DNA of 62,425 bases, counting the filler, from Stramenopiles sp. TOSAG23-6 (Eukaryota): NCBI GenBank assembly GCA_900128565.1. It is 36 parts of 36 records of this genome, joined end to end, with 100 filler letters (N's around TTAATTAATTAA, not from the genome) between each part and the next. Parts side by side here need not be neighbours in the genome. Positions count along the whole stretch, not along the records: positions 1 to 1,650 come from LT638747.1; positions 1,751 to 3,400 come from LT638748.1; positions 3,501 to 5,149 come from LT638749.1; positions 5,250 to 6,897 come from LT638750.1; positions 6,998 to 8,645 come from LT638751.1; positions 8,746 to 10,392 come from LT638752.1; positions 10,493 to 12,139 come from LT638753.1; 29 more parts are not named here. The stretch is one strand, 5' to 3'. The notes below the pieces were generated by a model. It was not told where the DNA came from. It worked only from the letters and a program-made list of their open reading frames with translations, and made no database searches. The stretch's first letter is position 1, and every line of letters begins with the position of its first letter. The position numbers were made by a program, and so were the translations under genes. Shown piece after piece: positions 1 to 12,239 of this stretch.

Positions 1-276
1 TTCCTTCCTTGCAATTGAATTCCAGCAATAACTACTTTAGTATTAAGATCTATTTGAAGCCATTCACCGGCTTTATTGCGATTAGCTTGCCAGCAAGAAT
101 TTGAATTAATGAGAGAATTTGGAGTTCCCTTTTTTGAGGAGTATTTTCTGAATTTTTCTGGAGGATTCAGAGTTTTTCGAACGATAAGAGGTAAATAAGT
201 TTTCCAATGACCTTCATACCCACATCCACCATTTTTTCTTGCTTTGGCCACTGAAGAATGAGCTGTTGCACCACAC
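1..276 (-). CDS. Exon: RBR RING2-like tail followed by an F5/8 type C (discoidin) domain, partial
   Basis: Reads CGATAH...GGCGYEGHW...NSLINSNSCWQANRNKAGEWLQIDLNTKVVIAGIQLQGR; the WLQIDL...IAGIQLQGR pattern is discoidin-like. Confidence 0.65.
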
Positions 277-418
277 ATGTATTGTGAAAAATATTTTTGT
301 TTTGTAAAAAAATATTAGGTACAAAATTATGTATGAAAAACAATTTGAAATTCATGAAATTTTCATAGTAAAAAAAAATTTAGGTAAAAAATTCATGATT
401 AGGGTTAGGGTTAAATAC

Positions 419-815
419 ATGACTGTCAGCTTCTTTAATGCTAACCAGTTGATGACACAAAAGACACACTAACGAAGAACAAGTAACACATTGTCCAGGT
501 AAAGGAACTGGATTTGAACGACCTCCAGCCCATTGAATCTCTGGAGGTTGAACTAGCGCAGTATTGCACCCTTTTTTTGGACATAAAAATATTTTCTTGG
601 TTTTTGATGTTCCAAAACTATTAATTTGCTGCATCATAAATCGTGATTGGAAATCAGAAGTAATAATATCACGTTGGGTAAAGAAACTAAGCGTTTGTCC
701 AGTTATTTTGCCACAAATTGGAGGTTTGCCATCTGCTGTGGCCTCTTGGCAACCTGGGCAAAATGCGGGGAATTTCCCCTGTTGCATTGTTTCATTTAAA
801 TTTTCTGCAAGACAT
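419..815 (-). CDS. Exon of an RBR/IBR-type E3 ubiquitin ligase
   Basis: FPAFCPGC...CPKKGC...QCVTCSSLVCLLCHQ Cys/His pattern (RING1-IBR); ends at a family donor at 418. Confidence 0.6.
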
Positions 816-942
816 TTTTTACAGAAAAAAAAAAGAATGTTAGGAAAGACTGAAAGACTTCTTTTACGAAACAAAAAAAACGTTCTAAAGGAAAGACTTC
901 TTTTACGAAACAAAAAAAAACGTTCTAAAGGAAAGACTTCCT

Positions 943-1594
943 TTGACACGTCGACTAGATAGTGACGAACGAGAAATATTTGAGAGTAGTTTTCTCCGAG
1001 AAAGCTTAGATGTAGATTCATGTGATCTTTTAGCATCATCTTACACTGAAATTCCATTAGAATCGAGAAAAAACAAAATCAGTGAGCAAAGTAAAAGTAA
1101 AAGTGAGAATGAAGATAGTGAAAATTTCCAATCTGTTTTTGGTGATGAATCTGAGTTTGGTCTCAGAGCTGCAGATCCTGATGATGATATGGTATTATAT
1201 AGTCCGAGTCCAACACAGTTGAATTCAAATATTTTATTCTCTCGTACCAAAAGTTCAAATGATTCAATCAAAACGACTGAAACTGTACAGCTAGTGGAGC
1301 AATCTCTTCCAAATGATCTGTCGAGAGAGAATGAATCTTTGAGACAAGAAAAAAACAAACCCGATTCAAATCTACTCTTTTCACATAATCAAAACTCACA
1401 CGAAATTGTTAAATACACCAAAGTCAATACAGTATACTATAAAGAAAAAAGTCAGTAAAAATGTAAAATACCCTAACCCTAATGTAAAATATACTCCGGA
1501 AAAGGCAAAATACTCAAAAAAAGCGTCACTTTTATTATCAGGAAAGAAAAAAACTAAACTAAAAATGCCAACTTCGTTTCGTTCCAAAAAATGA
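943..1594 (+). CDS. Low-complexity hypothetical protein, C-terminal fragment (probable frameshift near 1450)
   Basis: Overlapping ORFs 943-1458 and 1406-1594; Ser/Glu/Lys-rich. Confidence 0.35.
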
Positions 1595-1650
1595 CTGTAA
1601 ATTTTATATATGTTTTTTAATAAAATTCCCCCAAAAATATTTACAAATAA

Positions 1651-1750
1651 NNNNNNNNNNNNNNNNNNNNNNNNNNNNNNNNNNNNNNNNNNNNTTAATT
1701 AATTAANNNNNNNNNNNNNNNNNNNNNNNNNNNNNNNNNNNNNNNNNNNN
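1651..1750. other. Artificial scaffold linker N44-TTAATTAATTAA-N44 (first of 35; recurs every ~1.73-1.75 kb)
   Basis: Identical 100-nt spacer with stops in all six frames. Flanking pieces decrease steadily in length from 1650 to about 1620 bp. Confidence 0.98.
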
Positions 1751-2783
1751 ATACTTCCACTTGTTTTAGTATATATATCTTTACAGATCATTACAAATTC
1801 CTCAAAATTTAAAGATTCGCATTTATTAACTTGTTTTTGTAAACCCGCTGTTACATCTGCGTGAGTAATATTCATACTTATATGTTGCAACACTTCGTAA
1901 ATCTCAGATATGTGCAGCATATTATTCGAATCTTTTGTATGTAATGTAAATAAATCTTGCAATTCTTTTACAGTAACATAAAAATGCATTTGTTTTGCTT
2001 CATTCAAACTGCGATTGTATAAGGTAATTATTTGATGTTTTTCAAGGACTTCTCTTTCAATCATTAAAACAAGTTGGCGCAATCGTCTGACGCATATTTC
2101 TGGAACTCGAATGTTCGCTATTTTAAATATTTCTAATATTTTGTCTTTAGGTAGAACGTTAATTTTTTCACCATTTACATTTGTGTGGGAGACTCCAAAT
2201 GTTTGGCATAGTGTAACAAATGCGATTGATATTGCATTTAAATCGTTTTGAGGCACCAAATTTTCTAGATTTTTCACAAAAGCTTCATTATTCTCGGGAT
2301 CAAAGTCCCGTGTAATTATTTCGTCAGTTCCCTTTGCTGAGTAAATATTTCTCTTATTCTGTTTTTCATCCTTTTCCATTATTTTAAAAGACTTTTTTGA
2401 TCCATTGAATTCTTGACTAGATAAATTGGCCATTGCCTTTATAACACCATCTCGAGTTCCATGGAATGCGCCCTGGAATCTATTATTTGTTTCATCAAAT
2501 GTAAACTCTTCTGGAAACGCAACGTTCGGCGAAGTGTCAACAAGTTCCCACATTTTGTTGGATCTTTCTTTAATTTTTAATTCCATAAATTTCATCGNNN
2601 NNNNNNNNNNNNNNNNNNNNNNNNNNNNNNNNNNNNNNNNCGTTTGTTTACCTTATGTCGACAATTAGGTTTCACAAGTTCGTCGACCACTTTTACTATA
2701 ATTGAGTTTTGACTTGGACGAAACCACTTATTTTTATTGATATCAGGTGATTCTCTTTCAATCTTTCGCCTTTGCTTCATCAT
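1751..2783 (-). CDS. EF-hand-containing hypothetical protein, partial (N gap)
   Basis: ELQDLFTLHTKDSNNMLHISEI and CESLNFEEFVMI resemble an EF-hand pair. Confidence 0.5.
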
Positions 2784-3799
2784 GGAAGCGTTTGATATAG
2801 TACGACTACCTCATGTATTGTATCCAATAGTTGTAATGTTACTTGTAAATGTAAATGTTGATTTAAACAGCTATTTTTTTTAGCGTAAGTAGTAAACAAA
2901 AGAGAGCGTACGTTTTTATCCGTTATNNNNNNNNNNNNNNNNNNNNNNNNNNNNNNNNNNNNNNNNNNNNNNNNNNNNNNNNNNNNNNNNNNNNNNNNNN
3001 NNNNNNNNNNNNTCCGCTGTCATTCTTCGATCGGTTTCAACAGTAAAAATGATTAGGTACAAAAATCTGTACCATTTGAGAGAGTGAGTTTGTGGATGAG
3101 AATTTCTTCCTCTTGAAGTTCAGTGTTGGGTTGCACTTTCCTTCTTTGCAGTATCTCCGTGTGTGCTCCACAACTGAGTTTCTATTTCCCCATAGCAATT
3201 AAAAACCAAAAGTCAAATTTTCTTGGGGCTCTGCATGCCTCCCGGAAGCCCCCATCATCGTTCAATCCAATTTGGTGTAGTTTCTACGGATAATTTTTCT
3301 AGCGGTGCTTCTGACTCTGCTGTTATATCTGGTTTCCAACGGACTGAAATGAAGGCAACCCCCTCCGGTTTAAACGGTGTTTTAGGTTCGTCAAATGGAG
3401 NNNNNNNNNNNNNNNNNNNNNNNNNNNNNNNNNNNNNNNNNNNNTTAATTAATTAANNNNNNNNNNNNNNNNNNNNNNNNNNNNNNNNNNNNNNNNNNNN
3501 GTTGTGACCAAGACACTCCTAGGGAAAGCAACAGAATCGAAATAATATTTGTACCATAAGAAACCATCGAAACTATGTTTTGCAATAATATATTTTATTC
3601 TATAGGCAAGGTTATAGAATCAAACGCAACGGCCGCGCTGCCGAAACAAGCCTAAAATTTCGAAATTGAAAATTTAATAAAAAAAAACACTCATGAATGA
3701 AACCTTTATTTTTGACCTGAATGTAAAAATCAATGATAATCTACTGTGTATCACTGGATAAATTGGCTTTGGAAATGTAGCATCTTTTAAAATATTGAC

Positions 3800-4786
3800 T
3801 TATTGGTGTAATTGCTCCATGGAAAATTTAGAAAATGCGGCTGTCAACTGCCTGGGTCCTCGCGCAGTTACTGAAACAGTACCATTAGCTGATACTTTGC
3901 TATGCACAAGAAGAAAAAGCCGACTGCCAGCAATGAAACACGAGCAAATAGCCTCAGATGTCTTAGCTATTACCTGTATTGGGAACACGCCAAGTTTTTT
4001 CTTTGCGGTTTCCATATATACATTTGGGTCAGCACTAGATACACTTAATCTAAACTTTTGTTCTGACATCATTTTATTCTTTGAAGCCATCATCCATTTT
4101 GATCCAAAATCTTTGGTGTTCATTCTTAGCGGACGAAGCCAGTCTCTCAAACTCATGGGTACTTCAACTGAGAGTGGTGAAGATAAATTTCTATCTACTG
4201 TCACTGACAAAGACTGTCGGATTACCCCTGATGGTTGTGCTCCCTGCATTTTAATGAGCAACACCGCTGTATTACCGGCTGATATTTCACCTGCAGCAGA
4301 TGCGCCATCTGTCATTAAACATACATCATCGGATGCGAAATTTATGTTCAAGTCTTGAGGAACATTTGCTACAACTCGACATTGATGATTACTAGAAGAT
4401 CCATTGGTGATAAACAACACAGCAACTAAACCGTCTGGTCGGTATACCTTATGATAACTTACGTGGAATATTCCATCACTATTAAGCAAAACATTGCCTT
4501 CTGATTCACTAGGTACTCTTACAAAATCACCAAGTTGTTGTAAAAGAACGACAGGTACTTTGAGGTGGGCTACATCTGGGCTATTATTGGTGTCCGCGAA
4601 ATCACCTAGGCCAAACACATCAGAAGCATCATGAACAGAACTATTGCTTGGAGTATCATCGAGTGATAAACCAATTAAATCTCCACCTAGAAGATCGCCA
4701 TCATCACCCCCACCGCTGCTTTTATCCGTATTTATCTCACTATTTAATGATTTTCTAGCTTCGCGTTGCTTCTTCCGACGAGCCAT
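3800..4786 (-). CDS. AP4E1: AP-4 complex epsilon subunit, C-terminal hinge and appendage (partial)
   Basis: DLLGGDLIGLSLD linker, then WLRPLRMNTKDFGSKW...LLVHSKV...VTARG, matching the adaptin epsilon appendage platform. Confidence 0.65.
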   Translation of the reverse strand: MARRKKQREARKSLNSEINTDKSSGGGDDGDLLGGDLIGLSLDDTPSNSSVHDASDVFGLGDFADTNNSPDVAHLKVPVVLLQQLGDFVRVPSESEGNVLLNSDGIFHVSYHKVYRPDGLVAVLFITNGSSSNHQCRVVANVPQDLNINFASDDVCLMTDGASAAGEISAGNTAVLLIKMQGAQPSGVIRQSLSVTVDRNLSSPLSVEVPMSLRDWLRPLRMNTKDFGSKWMMASKNKMMSEQKFRLSVSSADPNVYMETAKKKLGVFPIQVIAKTSEAICSCFIAGSRLFLLVHSKVSANGTVSVTARGPRQLTAAFSKFSMEQLHQ

Positions 4787-5249
4787 ACGTGCAGCCTTAC
4801 GAGAACTTGTTTTATTTTTTATACTGTTGTTTCCACCAACAGATGGTTCTGATCACTTTGGCGTTTTAAACAATTTGAACGATATTGATTTGGATGGAGG
4901 TTCTAAATTACGAATATCGGCATATGATACACCATCTGTTCCGATGGCATCTACTTCATACTATGATGAAGAAGAAGAAAACAATGAATTAGACGAAGAT
5001 GATGATCATACTGACGATGAAGCTAACCAAATCTCACATTCCATTGGTCTTAATGGTAGTGGTCTTGGTGGAGGTGGTGGACCATGGGGAGCTCAAGGAT
5101 TTCGCGGAAGTATTTCATCGACAAATGTTCCCAATAGTAAATCAAATGTNNNNNNNNNNNNNNNNNNNNNNNNNNNNNNNNNNNNNNNNNNNNTTAATTA
5201 ATTAANNNNNNNNNNNNNNNNNNNNNNNNNNNNNNNNNNNNNNNNNNNN

Positions 5250-6662
5250 GAAGAGGAAAAAGGAAGAGGATCAGAAGTACCAACACCACCAGTACCAACA
5301 CCACCACCAGTACCACCACCACAAGAACCACCACAAGAAGGAAAAGAAGGAAGACGTGAAGCAGCTGAGAAAGCTGCAACAAAAATCCAAGCTTATCAAC
5401 GTGGTCGTCAAGCAAGAGCTACAGTTGCCAAAAGAAACAGCAGCGTTCCTTTCGTTTTGAATGAAAAAGCTACTGGGGAAAATATTATTCTAACTTTGGC
5501 TAATCATGGCCGTGGGGCTTTGCGTATGGTAAGCAGAGCCTTTCAAAACCGTGTGGATGACATTCAAGATCGAATTTTACAGCAGAATCGTATAAAAGCA
5601 AGAGCGATGAGACTGGAAAAGAAATTCTTTGTTGATTATCTCCCGGACGAGTGGATGCAAGAAGTTTATTTTACGCCTCGATCAGCTGCCATAGATAAAG
5701 CTGATCTGGAAGACAACCTTGCCAAAGCGATTGAGGCTTCTCATAACGATTGTCGCGAAAAAGTGAGAAAAATATTAAGTGGTTTAGATCTAAAGCAAAT
5801 ATCATTAAGTGATTACTTTATACTTGCACTAACTAATGAAGGTAAGGTTTATTCATGGTCAAGAATCGGACCATGGCAAAGATCATCCAGAGAACCAATT
5901 GGTCGATCTTCCACAGACGAAAATAAATGTATTCCAATGATTATCGAAGGATTAAGTGACGTGGTGCAAATTTCATCTGCTAGACAACACAGTATTGCGT
6001 TAACAGGGAACGGAAAAGTATTCACTTGGGGTAGAGACGAGGGGCACTACTATGGGAGTCATCAAAAAGGATATATGTTTTACTTTTTTTCAATTTCAAT
6101 TTCGAGTTTTTTTTTTGGTTCTCGTACGAAATTTTGTACCTAACAAAGTTTACAAAGAAAAATATTTGTTCACAATACATACCTTGGTCAATTTAAAACA
6201 TACCCAGCCACAGAATACCGTAGTCAATTTAGTACTCTTCAAAACAATGTTTTTCATCCAACACTTGTGAAAGGAGTAAAGGGAATGTTTATTGTTGAAG
6301 TATATGCTTGGAATTCCACAACTTTACTACGATCAATATCTGGTCAAGTATTTTATTACGGTGATTTTATTGGTCCATTTGTTCCGAATATGTCTCGCCG
6401 AGATGGTAGCAAAGGTGTTGTACCATTGCCATTTCGTGTATTCCAATTTAGGAAAGGACAAAAAGTATTGGCTAAACATGACGACGGGCAATGGTACCCG
6501 GCTACTATTTTATGGGTGGGTATCGGTTATTATGATACAGATTACGAGGTAAAATTTGATGATGAAAAGAAGATACTGGTACCAGGAAGGAGTCGAAGGA
6601 GTGTCGGACAAAATGAGGAATTCATCCGATCAATGAATTCCGAGTCCGACTCTTCCAAATAA
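5250..6662 (+). CDS. RCC1-repeat protein with an IQ-like motif and a C-terminal Tudor-like domain; intron 6073-6180
   Basis: ALTNEGKVYSW, HSIALTGNGKVFTWGR, FRKGQKVLAKHDDGQWYPATI...YEVKFDD. Splicing gives KGY/LGQ in frame. Confidence 0.75.
6073..6180 (+). other. Family intron, AT-AT termini
   Basis: GGA T|ATATGTTTT...GTACCTAAC...CACAATACAT|AC CTT GGT. Confidence 0.75.
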
Positions 6663-6997
6663 TGGTCTCAGGCTCACTGGGATGGGTATATGTGGTATGG
6701 CTTGCACAACCCGATACCGATCCTTTTTTTAGGAATATCTGACACGAAATATCGGATATGATATTACCATATTATTGAAGTAATAAACGATATAACGAAG
6801 TTTTGTTTTTCATTCCACCGTTAGCTCAGTGAGAGAGAGCATCAAATAAATTATAATGCGATTTTTCTTTTTTCGAAAAAGTGATTTTTAGTGCATGNNN
6901 NNNNNNNNNNNNNNNNNNNNNNNNNNNNNNNNNNNNNNNNNTTAATTAATTAANNNNNNNNNNNNNNNNNNNNNNNNNNNNNNNNNNNNNNNNNNNN

Positions 6998-8645
6998 AAA
7001 TGGATACAGATCACAGTGGTGTAGTTACATGTGACGAATTTATTGAATGGCATTGGGCACACAATCGGAACAGTACAACTGGATCCATTCAAAATGAGGT
7101 GACTAAAGATCTCGATAAGAATAAAAGCTGTTCATATTTCATTCCTGGTCTTTCGAAAAGATATCTTATGAGTAAGTTTTGTGGTGTATCCGTCGAAACA
7201 CAAGGGAAAATGAATGAAGTTGAATTTGGTCTTTTGGTACAAAATATTGCTCTTGATATCGATAATATTGATAATACGAGGAGTTTTGATATGATTTCGT
7301 GTCTTGGTGGAAGGTCTTCTTCTGAGTGTTTTTCAGAGATTGATCGATTATGTCGCGGGTATATACTGTACGTTTCAAAATTAAACGAATTATGTTTTTC
7401 ATACGAAAGTTTGTACCTAATCATTTTTTTACAAAATATATTTTTTTTTACAAAACATGATTGATGACTTTCTTTGGTGGTATCGTCTATATCGTCCTGA
7501 GACACCCGGAGAGATTAAATCACAAGTTAGATTTTTATTTAAGCATATTGATAAGAATAATGTAGGATATTTAACAAAGTCTGGATTTCGAGAATTATCA
7601 GAAAAACTAAATCTTGGACTCACAGATGTCATATCGAGAATAGAACATAAGTTTGATGATACATTCTCCCAAATAGATTTGTGTAAACAAAATCGGGTGT
7701 TCATTGATGATTTACTCCGATGGCATGAAAAATCGTATGAATATTTATATACAAATCGATCAACACCAACAAAGTTTTTATATTCAATATTTAATTGGCT
7801 TTTATCGATTGACCAAGAAACTTCAGAAAGTAAACCAAGTAAAAACAATGAATATTTACATGGATATCTCACAGAGAAACATGTATGGTTTCAAAATTGA
7901 ATTTCGAATTTGTTTTTTTTTGGTAAAAAAATTTCGTACCTAACAAATTTTTTTTATTATAATATTTTTCCAAAATACATCTTGGTTCACTTCTTATATA
8001 TGTAAATGAAACTGTTGAAACATGTTTTAATACAGACGGTGTTATTTTGTGTACAACAATTTCAGATGGTTTTCAACTTATTGATCGAAAACATTGTGGA
8101 AAAATTAGTTTTAGTGATTTCGTGTGGTGGCATAGATTATATCATAAAAATACATCGATTGAAATTGTATTTCAACTTTTATATTTTTTTAATATCGTAG
8201 ATGATACTAATGAACATGTCATTCATAAAGATCAACTGGAAAATTTATTTCATTTTATGAATGAAAAGTTTAAGTATTGTTTTTCTCTGGATGACTGGAA
8301 TCCCCAATGGAAAGATGAATTTATGAATTTATCTAGTATATCAGGTGTGAAATTTCGTGACATTGTTTCTTGGTTGAAACACAAAACACCAAATTTATTT
8401 TCAAATCGTAGAATGAAAATTTGGGATGAAATAAAACATCAATGTACAATGGACGACACGAATTTATATAAAATGCACGAATTACTTGAAAAATCATTGA
8501 TACAAAATATTGTACAGTGTTATGTATGTTTTATTTTTTTTTTAAACAAAAAATCAATTTTTTTTTTATAGTAAATGTTGTACCTAACAAATTTTTTTAG
8601 ATTTTTTTTTTTTGAAATATTTTTCCAAAATACATCCTCTCCAGA
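6998..8645 (+). CDS. Multi-EF-hand protein, partial; GT-AT introns at 7368-7458, 7883-7980 and 8524-8635
   Basis: DTDHSGVVTCDEF, IDKNNVGYLTKSGF and IDRKHCGKISFSDF motifs; the ORFs join in frame after intron removal. Confidence 0.75.
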
Positions 8646-8800
8646 NNNNNNNNNNNNNNNNNNNNNNNNNNNNNNNNNNNNNNNNNNNNTTAATTAATTA
8701 ANNNNNNNNNNNNNNNNNNNNNNNNNNNNNNNNNNNNNNNNNNNNAATTTTGTACCTAACGATTTTTTTTTTTTTTTTGAAATATTTTTCCAAAATACAT

Positions 8801-8893
8801 GCGGTAATGGTGATACAACAGATATTTTGTTACCTTGTGTAATTTCTTCATTGCAAGGACAAAATCGAAGAGTAACACAAATTGTTGGTGGAT
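8801..8893 (+). CDS. RCC1-repeat exon
   Basis: CGNGDTTDILLPCVISSLQGQNRRVTQIVGG, bounded by family introns. Confidence 0.6.
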
Positions 8894-9012
8894 GTATCTT
8901 TTATTTTTTTTTCAATTTTCTGTCGAATTTTTTTTTTTTTTTTTTTTTTAAACTAAAAAAAAAATTGTAACTAACAATTTTTTTTTTTTTTAAATATTTT
9001 CCAAAAATATAT

Positions 9013-10312
9013 CGAAATTATTTAGCAATCAAAGTTCTAGAAAAAATGTTTCCGTATAATTTGTTAATAACAGGAGCCATAGATTTTCAACTACCAAGAA
9101 GATTAAATGTTATTTTTTTACGATTATTTGTATCTCTTTATGTAGACCGGGTACCGCAGCATTCATGTACGTTTTATTTTTTTTTACAAAAAAATCAAAA
9201 AAAAAACATTCGTACGAAATTTTGTACCTAACAAAATATTTTCAATTTTTTTTTTGAAATATTTTTCCAAAATTCATTGCCTCTCCCATTACTTACTAAA
9301 AATGTATATCCATGTACAACAAAAAGTATAGAAAATAATACACAAAATAATACACAAAATAATACACAAAGTATAGAAAATACACAAAATATAGAAAATA
9401 ATCCACTTTTATCAAGTCATGTAAAGACTAATATCAATAATAATATCAATAATAGCAATAGTAGAGAGACAAAATTTATTGGGTTGTCTGGAGGTTTTTT
9501 ATGTACAGAAAACTCAAATAAGTTTGCTTTACTTCAATGCTTTATAGAATATTATTTACTGAATCATCAACAGGTAAAGCATATACAAAAAGATGAAGAG
9601 TCATCAAGTTCATCAAGTACAGAATTAAATACAAAAAGCAATAGTATAAAAGCAATATATCCGGAATATTCAATAAAACTACAGTCTACGAGACAGAATA
9701 AAAACTATACTCCAAATAATGTCTATAATCAAGAATATAATCAAGAATATAATCAAGAATATAATCAAGAATATAATCAAAAATATAATCAAGAATATAA
9801 TCAAAAATATAATCAAGAATATAATAAAAAAGTTGGAAAAGATATCAATAGGGAGTTGCGTCTCGCACTTTCTATACAATCAAAACAAAAATATCATTTA
9901 GAACAAAAAAAAAAAGAATATCACAATCGTCAACGGCGAGAACATAAATATACCAGGGAAATTTGCTATGCATTACACTTATTATTTACATTTGGTTTTT
10001 ATGCAAACCCTAGTCAAGTTTCACGTATTACAAATCCACTCTCCTTACTCGTTCAAGACCAAGACGATAACAGCTGTCACAGAACAACATTCCTGAAATC
10101 ATCGCAATCTAAACGCAATGGATTTGTTGTACAACCATATAATCAAGATAATAATTATAATTCATCGAAACACCAAAAAAACAAAACAAAATGGAGAAAC
10201 GAAAAAACATCGCCGCGCTCCTAGAGTTAGTGTTGGTGGATCAATGTATGAATTATTTCCTGCAAGTACATTAGAAGTTTTGGGGCCAATAGGTATAGAA
10301 GAAGGCTGTCCT
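9013..10312 (+). CDS. Inositol 1,4,5-trisphosphate receptor-like channel fragment; GT-AT intron 9167-9277
   Basis: RNYLAIKVLEKMFPYNLL...LPRRLNVIFLRLFVSLYVDRVPQ parallels the IP3R DRQYLAI...LP..LRASF..L...HVDRDPQ segment; a later LLFTFGFY motif also fits. Confidence 0.7.
9725..9826 (+). repeat. 12-bp coding tandem repeat (TATAATCAARAA, about 8 copies; YNQE/YNQK)
   Basis: Direct inspection. Confidence 0.9.
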
Positions 10313-10558
10313 GTATGTTTTCATTTCAATTTCAAATTTATTTTTTCGTACCAAATTCTGTACCTAGCGATTTTTTTGACTAAAATTTTAAANNNNNNNN
10401 NNNNNNNNNNNNNNNNNNNNNNNNNNNNNNNNNNNNTTAATTAATTAANNNNNNNNNNNNNNNNNNNNNNNNNNNNNNNNNNNNNNNNNNNNGTTAGGTA
10501 CAAAATTTCGTATGAAAAATAAATTCGATTTTTTTGTTAAAAAAAAAAAATAAAACAT

Positions 10559-12140
10559 ACATCCTCGACAGTCGGTGAAACGTTACACATTTCAAAGTTA
10601 TTACGTGCAAAGTCTAGGTTTAATGCATTCGCGATGACAACACCATTATGACTTCTGATGAGTAACAAAGGGTTAGCATTGCATGGATTATCTCTATCAT
10701 ACTTGGCTTCTACTACATTAGAATTACATGAATTATCTTTATCATACTTGGCTTCTACTAGAAGAGCAAAATTATTTTGTTTATTTTCATAATTTTGGTT
10801 TTTACTCAGACTACGCCACTTATTCAGAAAATGTTCACAACGTAAGTATGAAATATCAGTCAAACTATCATGTTCAACTTTTGTGAATTTCATGTAATCA
10901 AATACGAAAGCATTTTTTACATTGACATTTACTTCATTTCCCCACTTCCATTCACATTTTTTTCCCAATGCAAAATTATTTTTTTTTTTCGTAAATATAC
11001 ATTTCAAAACATGACCCTTGTGACATCGTATTTTTTTTTGACATTTTGTGATTTCTCGAAGACAACCAATAGTGAATGTGTGATTGCATAGTAAATGATT
11101 ATACTGTAAAACACTTTTTGGATCAAGGAAACATAAAACGTGCATACGAGAAGGAACAATAGTACCAATTTTTGTACCTAATGGAACACATGACTTTATG
11201 TTTGTTTCTTCCATGTCATTATTTTTTATACTATCTTTTTTGTTTTGCTTATTTTGATTATTCTGTAAAACATTTTTGTTTTGCTTATTTTGATTATTCT
11301 GTAAAACCTTTGAATATTTGGAGAATGACATACCATTTATCAGTGACAAACCTGCCGCTACATCATATTGTTCTTCCTGTACAGGTACAAAAACCAAACC
11401 TTTTAGTGATAAATATTGTACTGAACTGTTTGATGAATGTATCATACTATGAGATTTTAAATTTTGCAAGGGAATCCTTTTCGGAGGTAAAGGTGGTTTT
11501 TGCGAATGTTTTTGTATATTTTTAGCATTCTTTTTTAAAGTCGAAACTGTTGGAAAAGAACCAAATCCAAGCTCACCCCTCCAATGAATATTTCGACCAT
11601 ACTTCAAAGTCTCAGAATTTAATATTGTACAAGCCATTTTAGTTGAAGCCAAAGTTTCAAAAAATGGTAAAAATGTAGCAACAATTTGACTCATTGTGGG
11701 ACTAATGTATTTTAGAAAAATATTTCAAAAAAAAAAAAACTAANNNNNNNNNNNNNNNNNNNNNNNNNNNNNNNNNNNNNNNNNNAAAAAATTCGATTTT
11801 TTTGTAAAAAAAAAAAATAAAACATACATACCATGACATTCCTTATCATTACTTTTACTTTTTCTTCGAGTTTTACGAGACATGTTAGGTAACAAAATTG
11901 GTACAACTAATAATCGAGCACAAAGTATAAATGCTGCAGATTTTATTTGTATAGGAACGAAATCCTTCATTGGATCGGTACTATTTTGTGTCGCAGGATA
12001 TTCAGAGGTACATAAAATATGAAACTTCGTTTTTTTGCAACTGTCGAAAGTAACACGTAAAGCACGATATAAGGTATGTTTCATTGTTTTCGTTGTGTTA
12101 TCATTTGAATCTAAGATTCCTAAAATACTATCATCACCAN
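10559..12140 (-). CDS. Hypothetical protein fragment; family intron 11705-11827 (contains an N gap)
   Basis: ORFs 11740-12084 and 10537-11694 join as GGT AT|T AGT CCC ACA ATG. Confidence 0.55.
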
Positions 12141-12239
12141 NNNNNNNNNNNNNNNNNNNNNNNNNNNNNNNNNNNNNNNNNNNTTAATTAATTAANNNNN
12201 NNNNNNNNNNNNNNNNNNNNNNNNNNNNNNNNNNNNNNN

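Noticed and set aside
1651-1750. Periodic TTAATTAATTAA flanked by Ns as a biological repeat
   Set aside because: It is a six-frame-stop concatenation linker; neighbouring genes across it are not linked.
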